Shown piece after piece: positions 21,586-30,955 of a DNA stretch of 64,000 nucleotides (the first letter of the stretch is position 1; every line of letters begins with the position of its first letter). The notes beneath the pieces were generated by a model. It had not been told where the DNA came from. It saw only the letters and a list, made by a program, of their open reading frames with translations, and ran no database searches. Origin of the DNA: an uncultured virus (IMG/VR IMGVR_UViG_3300015608_004663) (lineage: Duplodnaviria; Heunggongvirae; Uroviricota; Caudoviricetes); the IMG/VR virus record IMGVR_UViG_3300015608_004663; one strand, written 5' to 3'. The translations under genes and the position numbers were made by a program.

Positions 21586-21593
21586 GGTGAATT

Positions 21594-21932
21594 ATGAAAC
21601 GCATTACAATAGCAGCAGCAAAGCAGATTGCAGATTTGTTTGATAAAGATCAAGTCATTATCATTGCTTTTAGCAAAAAAGATGGTAAAACTTGGGTGAC
21701 TACATACGGGCGCACTGTTCAAGACTGTGAACAAGCAGCAGATGGTGGAAATCGCTTGAAACGTTTCATGGGCTGGCCAGAAGAATTATGCAATGCAGCA
21801 CCGCGACGAGCGCTATGTCAGTGTGGACACACAAAACAGTATCATAAATCTAATAAGTGCGAATTTAGCAATGTTGATGCTCATGGCAAAGTTACGTTTG
21901 CTTGCATATGTTCAAAATTTCAATCAGTTTAA
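21594..21932 (+). CDS. Hypothetical protein with Cys/His-rich C-terminus
   Basis: Upstream aaggtg RBS; CQCGH...H...C...CIC. Confidence 0.7.
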   Translation: MKRITIAAAKQIADLFDKDQVIIIAFSKKDGKTWVTTYGRTVQDCEQAADGGNRLKRFMGWPEELCNAAPRRALCQCGHTKQYHKSNKCEFSNVDAHGKVTFACICSKFQSV

Positions 21933-21947
21933 GAATTAAAGGTAATT

Positions 21948-23177
21948 ATGCGAAAAATTAAAGTGTTAATGCTGTGTGATCATCCGCTATCACCTACAGG
22001 CGTTGGTACGCAAGCAAGATGGCTAATTGATGGCTTGATTAATACAAACAAATACACGTTTCGTTGCTTTGGCGGCGCTGTCAAGCATGATAAATACGAT
22101 ACGATCATTGTTAACAATGATCTTACAATCAAGCCCGTAAATGGATTTGGTGATCCAAATCTATTACGCGCTACTCTTATGTCTGAAAGACCAGATGTAT
22201 TGCTGCTGTTTACAGATCCAAGATTTTTTGTGTGGGTTTGGGAAATGTCAGATGAGATACACACTGTGTGCCCGATTGCATACAATCATCTATGGGATTC
22301 TGATCCATATCCAGAATATAATGCGCCATTTTACGATGATACTGATTTGTTGAACTGCATTAATAAACCGACATATGATATGCTTGTGCAGCGATATCCA
22401 AGCAAAGTAAATTTTATTCCACACGCTGTTCCATCAGAATTATTTTATCCTGAAACAGATCAAGTTAGAATTGCTGCAAGACAGCAGTTACTCGGCATTT
22501 CAAACAACGAGCACTTTATTGCTCTGTGGATCGCAAGAAATGCTCGCAGAAAGCGTCCAAATGATATGCTTGTTGCTTGGGCAGATTTTATTAAAAAACA
22601 CAAACCATCTGCTGGAGCGACGCTTATTATGCACACAAATCCCACAGATCAAGAAGGACCTAATTTGCTTGCAACAGCACAAATGCTAGGTATTGAACGA
22701 TTTATTAAATTTTCATCTGATATAGTGAACTTTGATCAGATGCGTATCTTATATGCACTATCAGACGTTGTTATTAATACAAGCATGAATGAAGGATTTG
22801 GCGTTCCAACGCTTGAAGCTATGTACTGCGGTAAGCCAATTATCGCACCAATGACTGGCGGCTTAACACATCAATTGTTGAATTATAAAACTGGAGAGAA
22901 AACCGGCATCGCGCTTGAACCAGATGTTAGAACGCTTATCGGTGGACAGCTTGTACCATACATTTATGAAGATCTAGTCAAAACAGAGCGATTCACTGAT
23001 GCTCTTGCTGAGGTAGCAAGTTGGGGACATGAGAAGCGTAAGCAAGTCGGTCAAATTGGTAGAAAATATGCAACTGATGAATTTTCAATGAATCGCTTAA
23101 TCACATCATGGGATGATTCATTATTAAAGCTTGTATCAAATTGGAAAAAACAACCACGCTTAACGGTGATTAGATGA
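21948..23177 (+). CDS. Glycosyltransferase family 4
   Basis: DHPLSPTGVG, RNARRKR, NEGFGVPTLEAMYCGKPII. Confidence 0.92.
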   Translation: MRKIKVLMLCDHPLSPTGVGTQARWLIDGLINTNKYTFRCFGGAVKHDKYDTIIVNNDLTIKPVNGFGDPNLLRATLMSERPDVLLLFTDPRFFVWVWEMSDEIHTVCPIAYNHLWDSDPYPEYNAPFYDDTDLLNCINKPTYDMLVQRYPSKVNFIPHAVPSELFYPETDQVRIAARQQLLGISNNEHFIALWIARNARRKRPNDMLVAWADFIKKHKPSAGATLIMHTNPTDQEGPNLLATAQMLGIERFIKFSSDIVNFDQMRILYALSDVVINTSMNEGFGVPTLEAMYCGKPIIAPMTGGLTHQLLNYKTGEKTGIALEPDVRTLIGGQLVPYIYEDLVKTERFTDALAEVASWGHEKRKQVGQIGRKYATDEFSMNRLITSWDDSLLKLVSNWKKQPRLTVIR

Positions 23178-24334
23178 AAAAAATTTTGTTGCGGGCGCCA
23201 GTTTTTACGCAGTCTGGATATGGCGTACACTCTCGACAGATAGCAAGATGGCTGCTAAAACGCGTTGGACGTGATAGGCTACGTGTTCAAGCATTATCGT
23301 GGGGAATGACTCCGTGGATGCTTGACAGCAAGGATCAGTGCATTAAAGAATTGTATGAATTGCTAACTCAAACAATTGACACAAAATTTGATGTTAGCAT
23401 TCAAGTTCAATTACCGTCAGAGTGGGATAAAACGCTATCTGATGTAACTGTTGGCGTAACAGCTGGTGTCGAAACAGATAAAACTCCCAAAGTTTGGGCG
23501 ACAGCGTGCAATGCAATTGATCACGTTATTGTTCCATCAGTTCACACGCTAAACGGTCTTGTTGCGAGTGGTGCTGATAAAACAAAAATTTCAGTTGTGC
23601 CAGAATCATTTCCCGCTGCGTTTTTAAAACCATTGTCAGATAATGACAAAGTAGATTTGCGCTTGGCACCAAACAGCTTTGGTGTTTTGATCGTTGGTCA
23701 GCTAACTCACGATGCGCCAGAGTGCGATAGAAAAAACATATATAACACAATACGTTGGACTCGAGAGGCGCTGATCAATGTTAAAAATGCTGCGATCGTT
23801 TTAAAAACTAACAGAGGTCGCAACACATCAATTGATAATTTCTTACTAAGAAATACATTAACTCGCTTCATTGCCGAGATGTCTCCTCAAGGTCCACCTG
23901 TGCACGTCATTCATGGTGATCTATCAGACGAAGAAATGCTATCAATCTACACAAATCCAGCCATAAAATGCTATGTGTCACTTACTCGTGGTGAAGGATT
24001 TGGTTTGCCTATTCTTGAAGCTGCAGCTTGCGGATTACCCATTATAGCGACAGAGTGGTCTGCGCACACAGAATATCTTGGTCAGCGCTGGATAAAGATT
24101 AACAAAAAACTTGTAGGTATTCCAAAATCTAGAATTGACGATGTTATCTTTGCAAACGGTGCTAAATGGGCTGAGCCTGATGAAAGTAATTACAAACAAA
24201 AATTACTAAAATTGATTGATAATTATCGAATGCCATCTGATTGGGCTGCTGAGACAAAAGCGCGCTTGCACAAAACACATTCACCTATCGCGATTGAGCA
24301 AGAGTGGGAGCGCACAATTGGACACTTGTTATGA
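23174..24334 (+). CDS. Glycosyltransferase family 4
   Basis: APVFTQSGYG, DRKN, TRGEGFGLPILEAAACGLPIIAT. Confidence 0.92.
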   Translation: MKKILLRAPVFTQSGYGVHSRQIARWLLKRVGRDRLRVQALSWGMTPWMLDSKDQCIKELYELLTQTIDTKFDVSIQVQLPSEWDKTLSDVTVGVTAGVETDKTPKVWATACNAIDHVIVPSVHTLNGLVASGADKTKISVVPESFPAAFLKPLSDNDKVDLRLAPNSFGVLIVGQLTHDAPECDRKNIYNTIRWTREALINVKNAAIVLKTNRGRNTSIDNFLLRNTLTRFIAEMSPQGPPVHVIHGDLSDEEMLSIYTNPAIKCYVSLTRGEGFGLPILEAAACGLPIIATEWSAHTEYLGQRWIKINKKLVGIPKSRIDDVIFANGAKWAEPDESNYKQKLLKLIDNYRMPSDWAAETKARLHKTHSPIAIEQEWERTIGHLL

Positions 24335-24630
24335 TTTTATCTTTAACAATATGTTTAGTGGTGTGTCTTGCTGTAGCGTGCGTTGCAACGTATATGTGCA
24401 TTGTTCTGTGGAAAAAATATTGGTCGCTAGCTGAAAACATATCTGATATCACTGCACGCATTGTGCAACACAACGATGCAATTAAAAAGCTTATGAAGCG
24501 TGAGATACTATCAAACGATCAAACAGTGATTTCATTTGTTAAACACATAGGCGCAATAGTAGCTTTGTTTGATGTATTCAGTAAACTTAATATAGTAGAA
24601 ACAGTGTCAGATGAAACCGAAGAAAACTAA
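24331..24630 (+). CDS. Membrane-anchored hypothetical protein
   Basis: N-terminal hydrophobic helix MILSLTICLVVCLAVACVATYMCIVLW; ATG at 24331 overlaps the upstream stop. Confidence 0.6.
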   Translation: MILSLTICLVVCLAVACVATYMCIVLWKKYWSLAENISDITARIVQHNDAIKKLMKREILSNDQTVISFVKHIGAIVALFDVFSKLNIVETVSDETEEN

Positions 24631-25306
24631 ATCAGCTGAAAATCAAACAAGTAAATACTATTTTACAGCTGATACTCAAGCAGCAATAGTTGAATTTCAA
24701 ACAGAGCAAGATCAGATAAAACGACGTGAATTGTATAACGTAAGAATACAGCCCGCTTTCACCACTTTAGTAGACAACCTGATTCGAATTCATAAATTTG
24801 AAGGTCTCTTCAAAAACAAAGATGAATTGAAACATGATTGTGTTACGTTTTTGTATGAAACACTCGGCAAATTTGATAACAAAAGAGGCTCTGCAGCTTT
24901 TTCATACTTTAACGTCGTAGCCAAAAATTGGTTAACTGTTTGCTCAAGAGCTAGAGCAGCCAGATCAAAAAGAATAATATCTATTGACACAGATCCAGCA
25001 AGAGAAACTGTTAATTCTATTTTAAATCAACGAACAATTCCAGCACCTGACGCAGATCAAGAATTGCCAGATTTAAAACACATGCTTACAGCGATTGCTG
25101 CTCAAGAAGAAAGCTTTACAGAACCAGAGCGAAAATGCTTCAATGCCATTTTGCAAATGTGTGAAGACCCAGACATAGTTTGTGACGCCAAAAAAACACA
25201 TATTTTAGCTGCGTTAAAAGCTTTAGCTGGATATGGTCGTGACTTTTCTGTTGGTATGCAGCGCTTGCGAGCAAGATACAAAGCTATTAGGAACGCTAAT
25301 GAGTAA
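24611..25306 (+). CDS. Phage sigma factor, T4 gp55-like (late transcription)
   Basis: YF...DELKHDCVTFLYETLGKFDNKRGSAAFSYFNVVAKNWL matches a sigma region-2 pattern; sits just upstream of baseplate genes. Confidence 0.75.
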   Translation: MKPKKTKSAENQTSKYYFTADTQAAIVEFQTEQDQIKRRELYNVRIQPAFTTLVDNLIRIHKFEGLFKNKDELKHDCVTFLYETLGKFDNKRGSAAFSYFNVVAKNWLTVCSRARAARSKRIISIDTDPARETVNSILNQRTIPAPDADQELPDLKHMLTAIAAQEESFTEPERKCFNAILQMCEDPDIVCDAKKTHILAALKALAGYGRDFSVGMQRLRARYKAIRNANE

Positions 25307-25634
25307 TGAATCATTATCACAGGCTGATTTTAGTGAATTGCTTGAAACTATCTCAACAATGGATGAGAGAAAGCGCAAGCTTTGGATACTCATTTACAAA
25401 AATGCAATTGAAGATCGGATGCGAGCACTAGAACAGTATCAAGATTTAAAAACAATTGTGATTGGAAAGTCTACAGAGCACGCAGTTCACGGTAAAACGA
25501 TCGCTGGTTTCATTGAACGGATGAGCAAAGCAAATGATCAGCTGTTAAAACTTGCAGATCTGATTGAGGCAGCCCAAGCGCACGATGAACCAGTAAATGA
25601 AAACACGCTATATGATAACATAGCTAGCACATGA
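25299..25634 (+). CDS. Helical hypothetical protein (possible small terminase-like)
   Basis: MSNESL...ERMSKANDQLLKLADLI; function inferred only from size and helical pattern. Confidence 0.55.
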   Translation: MSNESLSQADFSELLETISTMDERKRKLWILIYKNAIEDRMRALEQYQDLKTIVIGKSTEHAVHGKTIAGFIERMSKANDQLLKLADLIEAAQAHDEPVNENTLYDNIAST

Positions 25635-27166
25635 ACAACTCAACTAATCTTCTTGATAAGCACATAGCAGAGGGTAGTTCTGAGCACGCTTTAACAACAT
25701 TGAATCGATATCGCACAGATCCTTTACAAAGATCTCAGCTGCGACAGATGATTGTTGCAGAAGTTATAACAGATCCAGAACTGCTTGATGAAGCATTTTT
25801 CACTAGAATTGAACATGATCTTGGATTGCGCCACGCTGCGATGTTACGCAACGCTCCAAGAGATTCTGTGATTGCATTTCCAAAAATAAACGGAACAGAG
25901 CCAGAATCATCACCAGCAGTTTTACTGCTTCCAATGTTAAGTCACGTTCGTCTTCCAATCAGACCAGGTGAGCACGTGCTGGCCTTGTTTGAAGATCCAG
26001 AAGATGTTGGATCGTTTGGATTTTGGCTGTCACGGATTCCATCTGTTAAGCACGTTGACGATCCAAACATTGCTCACAATTTGCGTGAGCACGATCCATC
26101 ATACAGTTTAGATGTAAGAAATCCAGATAAAAAACCAGAATATGCATTTCATAATGGCGTTCCAACCGTTGATGGTGTTGTGATTGGTGAAACTGCTACG
26201 TTATCTGGTAATCAGAATGCTTATGAATCTTTAATCACAGGATCTTTAGCTGGATCTTTGCGAGTGATTGAGCCCGTGCCAAGATTTAAGCGCCGCGTTG
26301 ATGATGTAACGATTGAGGGAGCTCGCGGCGCGCTCATTGTTGTGGGCTCTGAAAGAACTGGTCCTGCGTACAATGCAGGACAAACAATTACTAGAACAGA
26401 TGAAGACACTAAAAACAGCGCAGCTATTCATTTGTCTGTTGGGCGAAACAGAGTTGACAACATAACAATAGTGCGCAACACTCTTGGATTCGATGAAAAT
26501 GCAAAAGATTCACAATCTTTAAATCCAAAAGAAGGTGATCATGATTTTATCAATGATAGCGCGTATGTTCACATATCAGCTGCGACAAATAACATTGATA
26601 AATTAGTAGGCTTAAATGAACCGCGCATTTCACTTGGCAAAGATAAAGCTGCTTCTACAATACAGAAATCTGATGATGTTCGAACTGTTGCTAGAAGAAG
26701 CATTAGAGTGAGTGCTATCGGCGCAAAGCAGAACAAAAATGACAATACATTACTTGATGATATGAAAGATTCAACAATGTTTGACGCAGCAATCAGCGCA
26801 GAATCTGGTGATGTTGATGTAGTCATTGCTAGAGACGCCACGGTCAATGCAAAAAACAAGATGCAATTGTCTGCAAAAGAAGCAAACATGCAGTTTAAAG
26901 ATTCTCTTACTGTAGAATCAAACCTAATTAAACTTGGTGGTGATTCACACCCTGCACCTGCTTTTGATGCTTTTTGCAACGCGTTAGCTGACATGATTGA
27001 CAATTTATCAACTGCGCTCTCAGCTGGAACTGCTGGTGGTCCCACTGCTCAAAAACTGAATGGTGCTGAAGCATTTAAAGTTGCAACTACTCTTTTTGTA
27101 AAGAATCTTCGAGACGCTGCAAGCGCTAACGGATTGTTTGTATCAAAAAAGTTGAAAACAGGATAA
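25631..27166 (+). CDS. Baseplate hub/spike protein, T4 gp5-like
   Basis: N-terminal OB-like LP.RPGEHV...FWLSRI; DVTIEGARGALIVVG; beta-repeat C-terminus; directly upstream of a gp25-like gene. Confidence 0.7.
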   Translation: MNNSTNLLDKHIAEGSSEHALTTLNRYRTDPLQRSQLRQMIVAEVITDPELLDEAFFTRIEHDLGLRHAAMLRNAPRDSVIAFPKINGTEPESSPAVLLLPMLSHVRLPIRPGEHVLALFEDPEDVGSFGFWLSRIPSVKHVDDPNIAHNLREHDPSYSLDVRNPDKKPEYAFHNGVPTVDGVVIGETATLSGNQNAYESLITGSLAGSLRVIEPVPRFKRRVDDVTIEGARGALIVVGSERTGPAYNAGQTITRTDEDTKNSAAIHLSVGRNRVDNITIVRNTLGFDENAKDSQSLNPKEGDHDFINDSAYVHISAATNNIDKLVGLNEPRISLGKDKAASTIQKSDDVRTVARRSIRVSAIGAKQNKNDNTLLDDMKDSTMFDAAISAESGDVDVVIARDATVNAKNKMQLSAKEANMQFKDSLTVESNLIKLGGDSHPAPAFDAFCNALADMIDNLSTALSAGTAGGPTAQKLNGAEAFKVATTLFVKNLRDAASANGLFVSKKLKTG

Positions 27167-27618
27167 TGGCGCAATTTTCATTCAAGAATGTTGGTAAAAC
27201 TGCAGAAAGTGTTTTCACTGAACAGTTAGCAGTTCAACGCACACCAATCAGTCCTGCAATGCCCCTGCGCTTAGCAGGATCTGGTACAGATTTATTCACT
27301 GTGCATTACACTCTTGCAGATGCAATTCATGATAATTTAAAAAATCTTCTATTGACAAATAGAGGTGAGCGTTTAGTTCACACCGATTATGGCGCAAATC
27401 TTTTACCGTTAGCATCAGAATACGTTGACACAGAATCATTTGATGTAGAAGCTACGCAACGAATAAAGTCAGCAGTAAGTAAATGGATGCCGTTTGTTGA
27501 ATTAGATGATTACGTTTCTAGCATAAAAAATGATACAATCACTATTGATATTTCGTACAATGTTTCAACAATTAACGTTTCAGGAAAAAGATTGCAAATT
27601 CAATTGAATGTTACGTGA
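27166..27618 (+). CDS. Baseplate wedge subunit, gp25/GPW-like
   Basis: NLKNLLLTNRGERLVHTDYGANL...AVSKWMPFV. Confidence 0.9.
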   Translation: MAQFSFKNVGKTAESVFTEQLAVQRTPISPAMPLRLAGSGTDLFTVHYTLADAIHDNLKNLLLTNRGERLVHTDYGANLLPLASEYVDTESFDVEATQRIKSAVSKWMPFVELDDYVSSIKNDTITIDISYNVSTINVSGKRLQIQLNVT

Positions 27619-27636
27619 TTTTCACTATTTATTGTT

Positions 27637-29466
27637 GTGGGAACATTACAAACAATTACACCTCGCAGATATTTAGCTCGTGATTTTGATGGGTACAGAG
27701 CTGAGATTTTTGAACACGCTAGAACATTTTTTAATACAAAAATCAAAGATTTAAGTGAATCTGGTCTCGGCGGTTTGATGATCGATGCCTGCGCGATGAT
27801 CGGTGATTCACTATCATTTTATCTTGATCATCAGTTTTCTGAACTAGATCCAGAAACAGCTGTTGAACCAAAAAATTTGCAAAAATTAGCAAGAGCTGCT
27901 GGCATCAAAATGTCTGGTGCGTCACCAGCTCGCGTTGATGAGCAGCGATTCTTTATAAAGGTACCAGCTGTTCGTGATGCAGACACGTGGAAACCTGATT
28001 CAACACTATTGCCAATAATTAAAGCTGGCGCAGTCGTATCTGACGGATCTGTCGATTTTACTCTTGTAGAAGACATTGATATGACTGTTACAGGTAGCGA
28101 TGGAGCTTTGCTGGCATCTGTTAAAGTTCTTGAAAAAGCTAGTGACGGCTCTCCAAAGTCATTTGCTGTGAGTCAAATCGGTTCGTGCTTGTCTGGTAAT
28201 GAATCTGAAGAAACATTTTCAATCGGATCAACGTTCGTGCCGTTTCGGCAAATCACATTATCAAAACAAGATGTTACGTCAATCAACTCTGTAACTGACA
28301 GTGCAGGAAACGTCTACTATGAAGTAGGCGCTCTGACGCATGATACAGTCTATAGAGCGATTGATAACGCAGCATTTAGCACAAATGGTGTCAAATTCAC
28401 AATTAAGCCAACACCAGCACCGTATAGGTTTACAACGCAGTATGATCCAGTCACTCGTTTAACGACTTTAGTTTTTGGTGGAGGCGATGCCGCCGCACTA
28501 GAAAATGATGCTGTTCCTGATCCAACAACTTTTGCAATACCGTTTAAAGGTCGTCGCGTATATGACAGAATTTCTGTCACGCCAGAAAAATTGCTAAGAA
28601 CAAAAACGCTTGGTGTCGCAGCCACAAATGTAAGTTTGACAGTATCGTACAGAGCTGGTGGTGGTCTGTCGCACAATGTATCGGCTGGTAAGATTTCAAA
28701 CGTTAAAGCAGCTAGATTATTATTTCCATTTTCAAGCTCTACAGCGCTCACCGCAGCTGTGAAGTCAACGCTTGCAACAAGCAATGATTCAAAAGCTTCA
28801 GACGGTGAAGATCCTATGACGCTTGACAATATCAGAGCGATCATTCCTGCTGCTCGGGCAGCGCAAGATCGCATTGTTACGCGAGAAGATCTTATTGCGC
28901 GAGTGTACTCTATGCCATCTGAATTCGGCAGAGTGTTTAGAATTGGTGTAAATAATGATAATTTACTATCAAGCGCTGCGCAGATGTTTGTTGTTTCACG
29001 AGATGAAAACGGAAAATTGACGCAGTCAAGAGACGCTTTAAAGCGAAATCTTGTGACATGGTTAAATCCTCACCGCTTGATTGCAGACACAATTGATATA
29101 CGTGATGCACAGATTGTCAATTTATTTGTTCAGTTTGAGATTTCTGTATCTGCTGGTTTAAGCAAAGCAACGGTTGTAAACAAAGCAGCTGCAGCGCTTT
29201 CAACAGCTCTGTCAATCGATAACATTGTTATAGATCAACCAATATCAATCGATCTATTAAAGAGCATCTTGTTCTCTGTGAATGGTGTAGCGTCAATCTC
29301 GTCACTAACAATAACATCACTATCTGGAATCATTGGCGGAAGACTGTATCCTGGTGTTCTCTTTGATGTGCAGAGTCAAACGCGCCGAGGCGTAATAATC
29401 CCACCACCGGGCGGGATCTTTGAACTAAGATATCCAGATTTTGATATCGTTGGAAAAGCAACGTAA
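27637..29466 (+). CDS. Baseplate wedge protein, T4 gp6/baseplate J-like
   Basis: YLARDFD...IGDSLSFYLDHQFSE; Y..GGG...N; AQDRIVTREDL; FELRYPD.DI.G. Confidence 0.9.
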   Translation: MGTLQTITPRRYLARDFDGYRAEIFEHARTFFNTKIKDLSESGLGGLMIDACAMIGDSLSFYLDHQFSELDPETAVEPKNLQKLARAAGIKMSGASPARVDEQRFFIKVPAVRDADTWKPDSTLLPIIKAGAVVSDGSVDFTLVEDIDMTVTGSDGALLASVKVLEKASDGSPKSFAVSQIGSCLSGNESEETFSIGSTFVPFRQITLSKQDVTSINSVTDSAGNVYYEVGALTHDTVYRAIDNAAFSTNGVKFTIKPTPAPYRFTTQYDPVTRLTTLVFGGGDAAALENDAVPDPTTFAIPFKGRRVYDRISVTPEKLLRTKTLGVAATNVSLTVSYRAGGGLSHNVSAGKISNVKAARLLFPFSSSTALTAAVKSTLATSNDSKASDGEDPMTLDNIRAIIPAARAAQDRIVTREDLIARVYSMPSEFGRVFRIGVNNDNLLSSAAQMFVVSRDENGKLTQSRDALKRNLVTWLNPHRLIADTIDIRDAQIVNLFVQFEISVSAGLSKATVVNKAAAALSTALSIDNIVIDQPISIDLLKSILFSVNGVASISSLTITSLSGIIGGRLYPGVLFDVQSQTRRGVIIPPPGGIFELRYPDFDIVGKAT

Positions 29467-29467
29467 A

Positions 29468-30955
29468 ATGATTAGATATTTAACATGCTCAAGTGATACA
29501 TACATTTCTGCTCGCGTTATTGATGGCGCTTGGGTGTATGATGGTAATGTTGGCGCTGCTGGTTCGCTAGATCTGTACAAACTTTACAATCAAACATTTT
29601 CAATTGTTTCAAGAGCTCGCGTCCCAAATACAGAGCTTTCGCGTCTGCTAATAAAATTTGATGATGCTTGGTTGTCATCATCTGTCGCTAGCAATGCTCT
29701 AAACGTGAATCACTCTTCATTTAAAGCTACGCTGATTTTGAAAGATGCGTATGGTGGTCAATCTGTACCGCAAAATCTAGCAATCAGACTTTGGCCTCTG
29801 TCAAAATCTTTTGATGAAGGTGAAGGACGCGATATTGTTTTGCTATCTGATAATGATGTTGCAAATTGGTTAACTGCTTCAAATGGCACTCCGTGGAGCG
29901 TCACAGGATGCGGCCAGATGGGCCTTGCACCCAATGCCTGTGACTACTTCACAGGATCTGCTGCAGGTGGCTTTGATTTCATCTCGACGCTTCCAAATGG
30001 AACTGAAGACCTTGTTGTAGATATCACTAGAGCTGTTAGAGAGCGGTGTCTGTCTGGTGCTATACCGCAGCTTGCATTTAGAGTTTCGCTAGAATCGCAA
30101 GCAGAATCTGATTCTGCAACGTATTTTGTTAAAAGATTTTCAACTAGACACGCTCATGACGCTGGCCGAAGACCAGTTGTGAAGCTTGAATGGAATGAGT
30201 CTGTGTGGGATGATGCGCTGTCGGCTACGACTGACAGGCAAGTTACGTTTTTTACATCATTTTATTTTGGTGGCGCAGCTAATAATGTTGTTTCTGGTTC
30301 TACTGTGTTGACTGGATCTAACTGTATGATACTAACGCTGTACAGTGGATCATGGTCATCATCGTACTCTGCGTCTCAGCACGCTGGAAGCAGGGGATTA
30401 GTAACAGGTCTGTACTCTGCAAGTTTGATTCTATCATCAGACGACACCACTGTAGCATCATGGCTAAATTCATCTGGATCGTTTAGCGCTGGCTTAAAAT
30501 GGTTATCACCAGCTGGGAAAGTGCTACGAAATGATCAGACTGTTACGTTTAACGATATTGCTTATGCGCCTGCCTTGTCGCTTGAAAGAACGTTTATATC
30601 ATTTGTTGGCTTGCGCCCACAGTACAGTTCAGATGAAACAATCAGCGTAAAATTAACAACGTTTGATCCTGGATCATTGTCGATCAGATCTGCTAAATCG
30701 CCGCGACAGTCAAAAAACATTCCTATTAAAGATCTGCACGTTGGCGTAGTAGATAGCTTGACAAACGCTTGCATTATCTCTCCGAACGCAGTAACGAATT
30801 CAACTTTAACAAGCTTGACAAAAGACGGACACGAGTGGTCAGTTTTCGCAAACGTGTTCACACCTGGAAATTCTTACAAGCTTGTAGCTTACGTTTATGT
30901 TAATGGCTCGTTTGCGAAAATTGGAGACGCATCTCCTGCGTTTACAGTAATATGA
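29468..30955 (+). CDS. Putative structural protein (DNRLRE-like N-terminal domain)
   Basis: DTYI...SRLLIKFD...LSKSFDEGEG...W pattern; located in the baseplate operon. Confidence 0.6.
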   Translation: MIRYLTCSSDTYISARVIDGAWVYDGNVGAAGSLDLYKLYNQTFSIVSRARVPNTELSRLLIKFDDAWLSSSVASNALNVNHSSFKATLILKDAYGGQSVPQNLAIRLWPLSKSFDEGEGRDIVLLSDNDVANWLTASNGTPWSVTGCGQMGLAPNACDYFTGSAAGGFDFISTLPNGTEDLVVDITRAVRERCLSGAIPQLAFRVSLESQAESDSATYFVKRFSTRHAHDAGRRPVVKLEWNESVWDDALSATTDRQVTFFTSFYFGGAANNVVSGSTVLTGSNCMILTLYSGSWSSSYSASQHAGSRGLVTGLYSASLILSSDDTTVASWLNSSGSFSAGLKWLSPAGKVLRNDQTVTFNDIAYAPALSLERTFISFVGLRPQYSSDETISVKLTTFDPGSLSIRSAKSPRQSKNIPIKDLHVGVVDSLTNACIISPNAVTNSTLTSLTKDGHEWSVFANVFTPGNSYKLVAYVYVNGSFAKIGDASPAFTVI

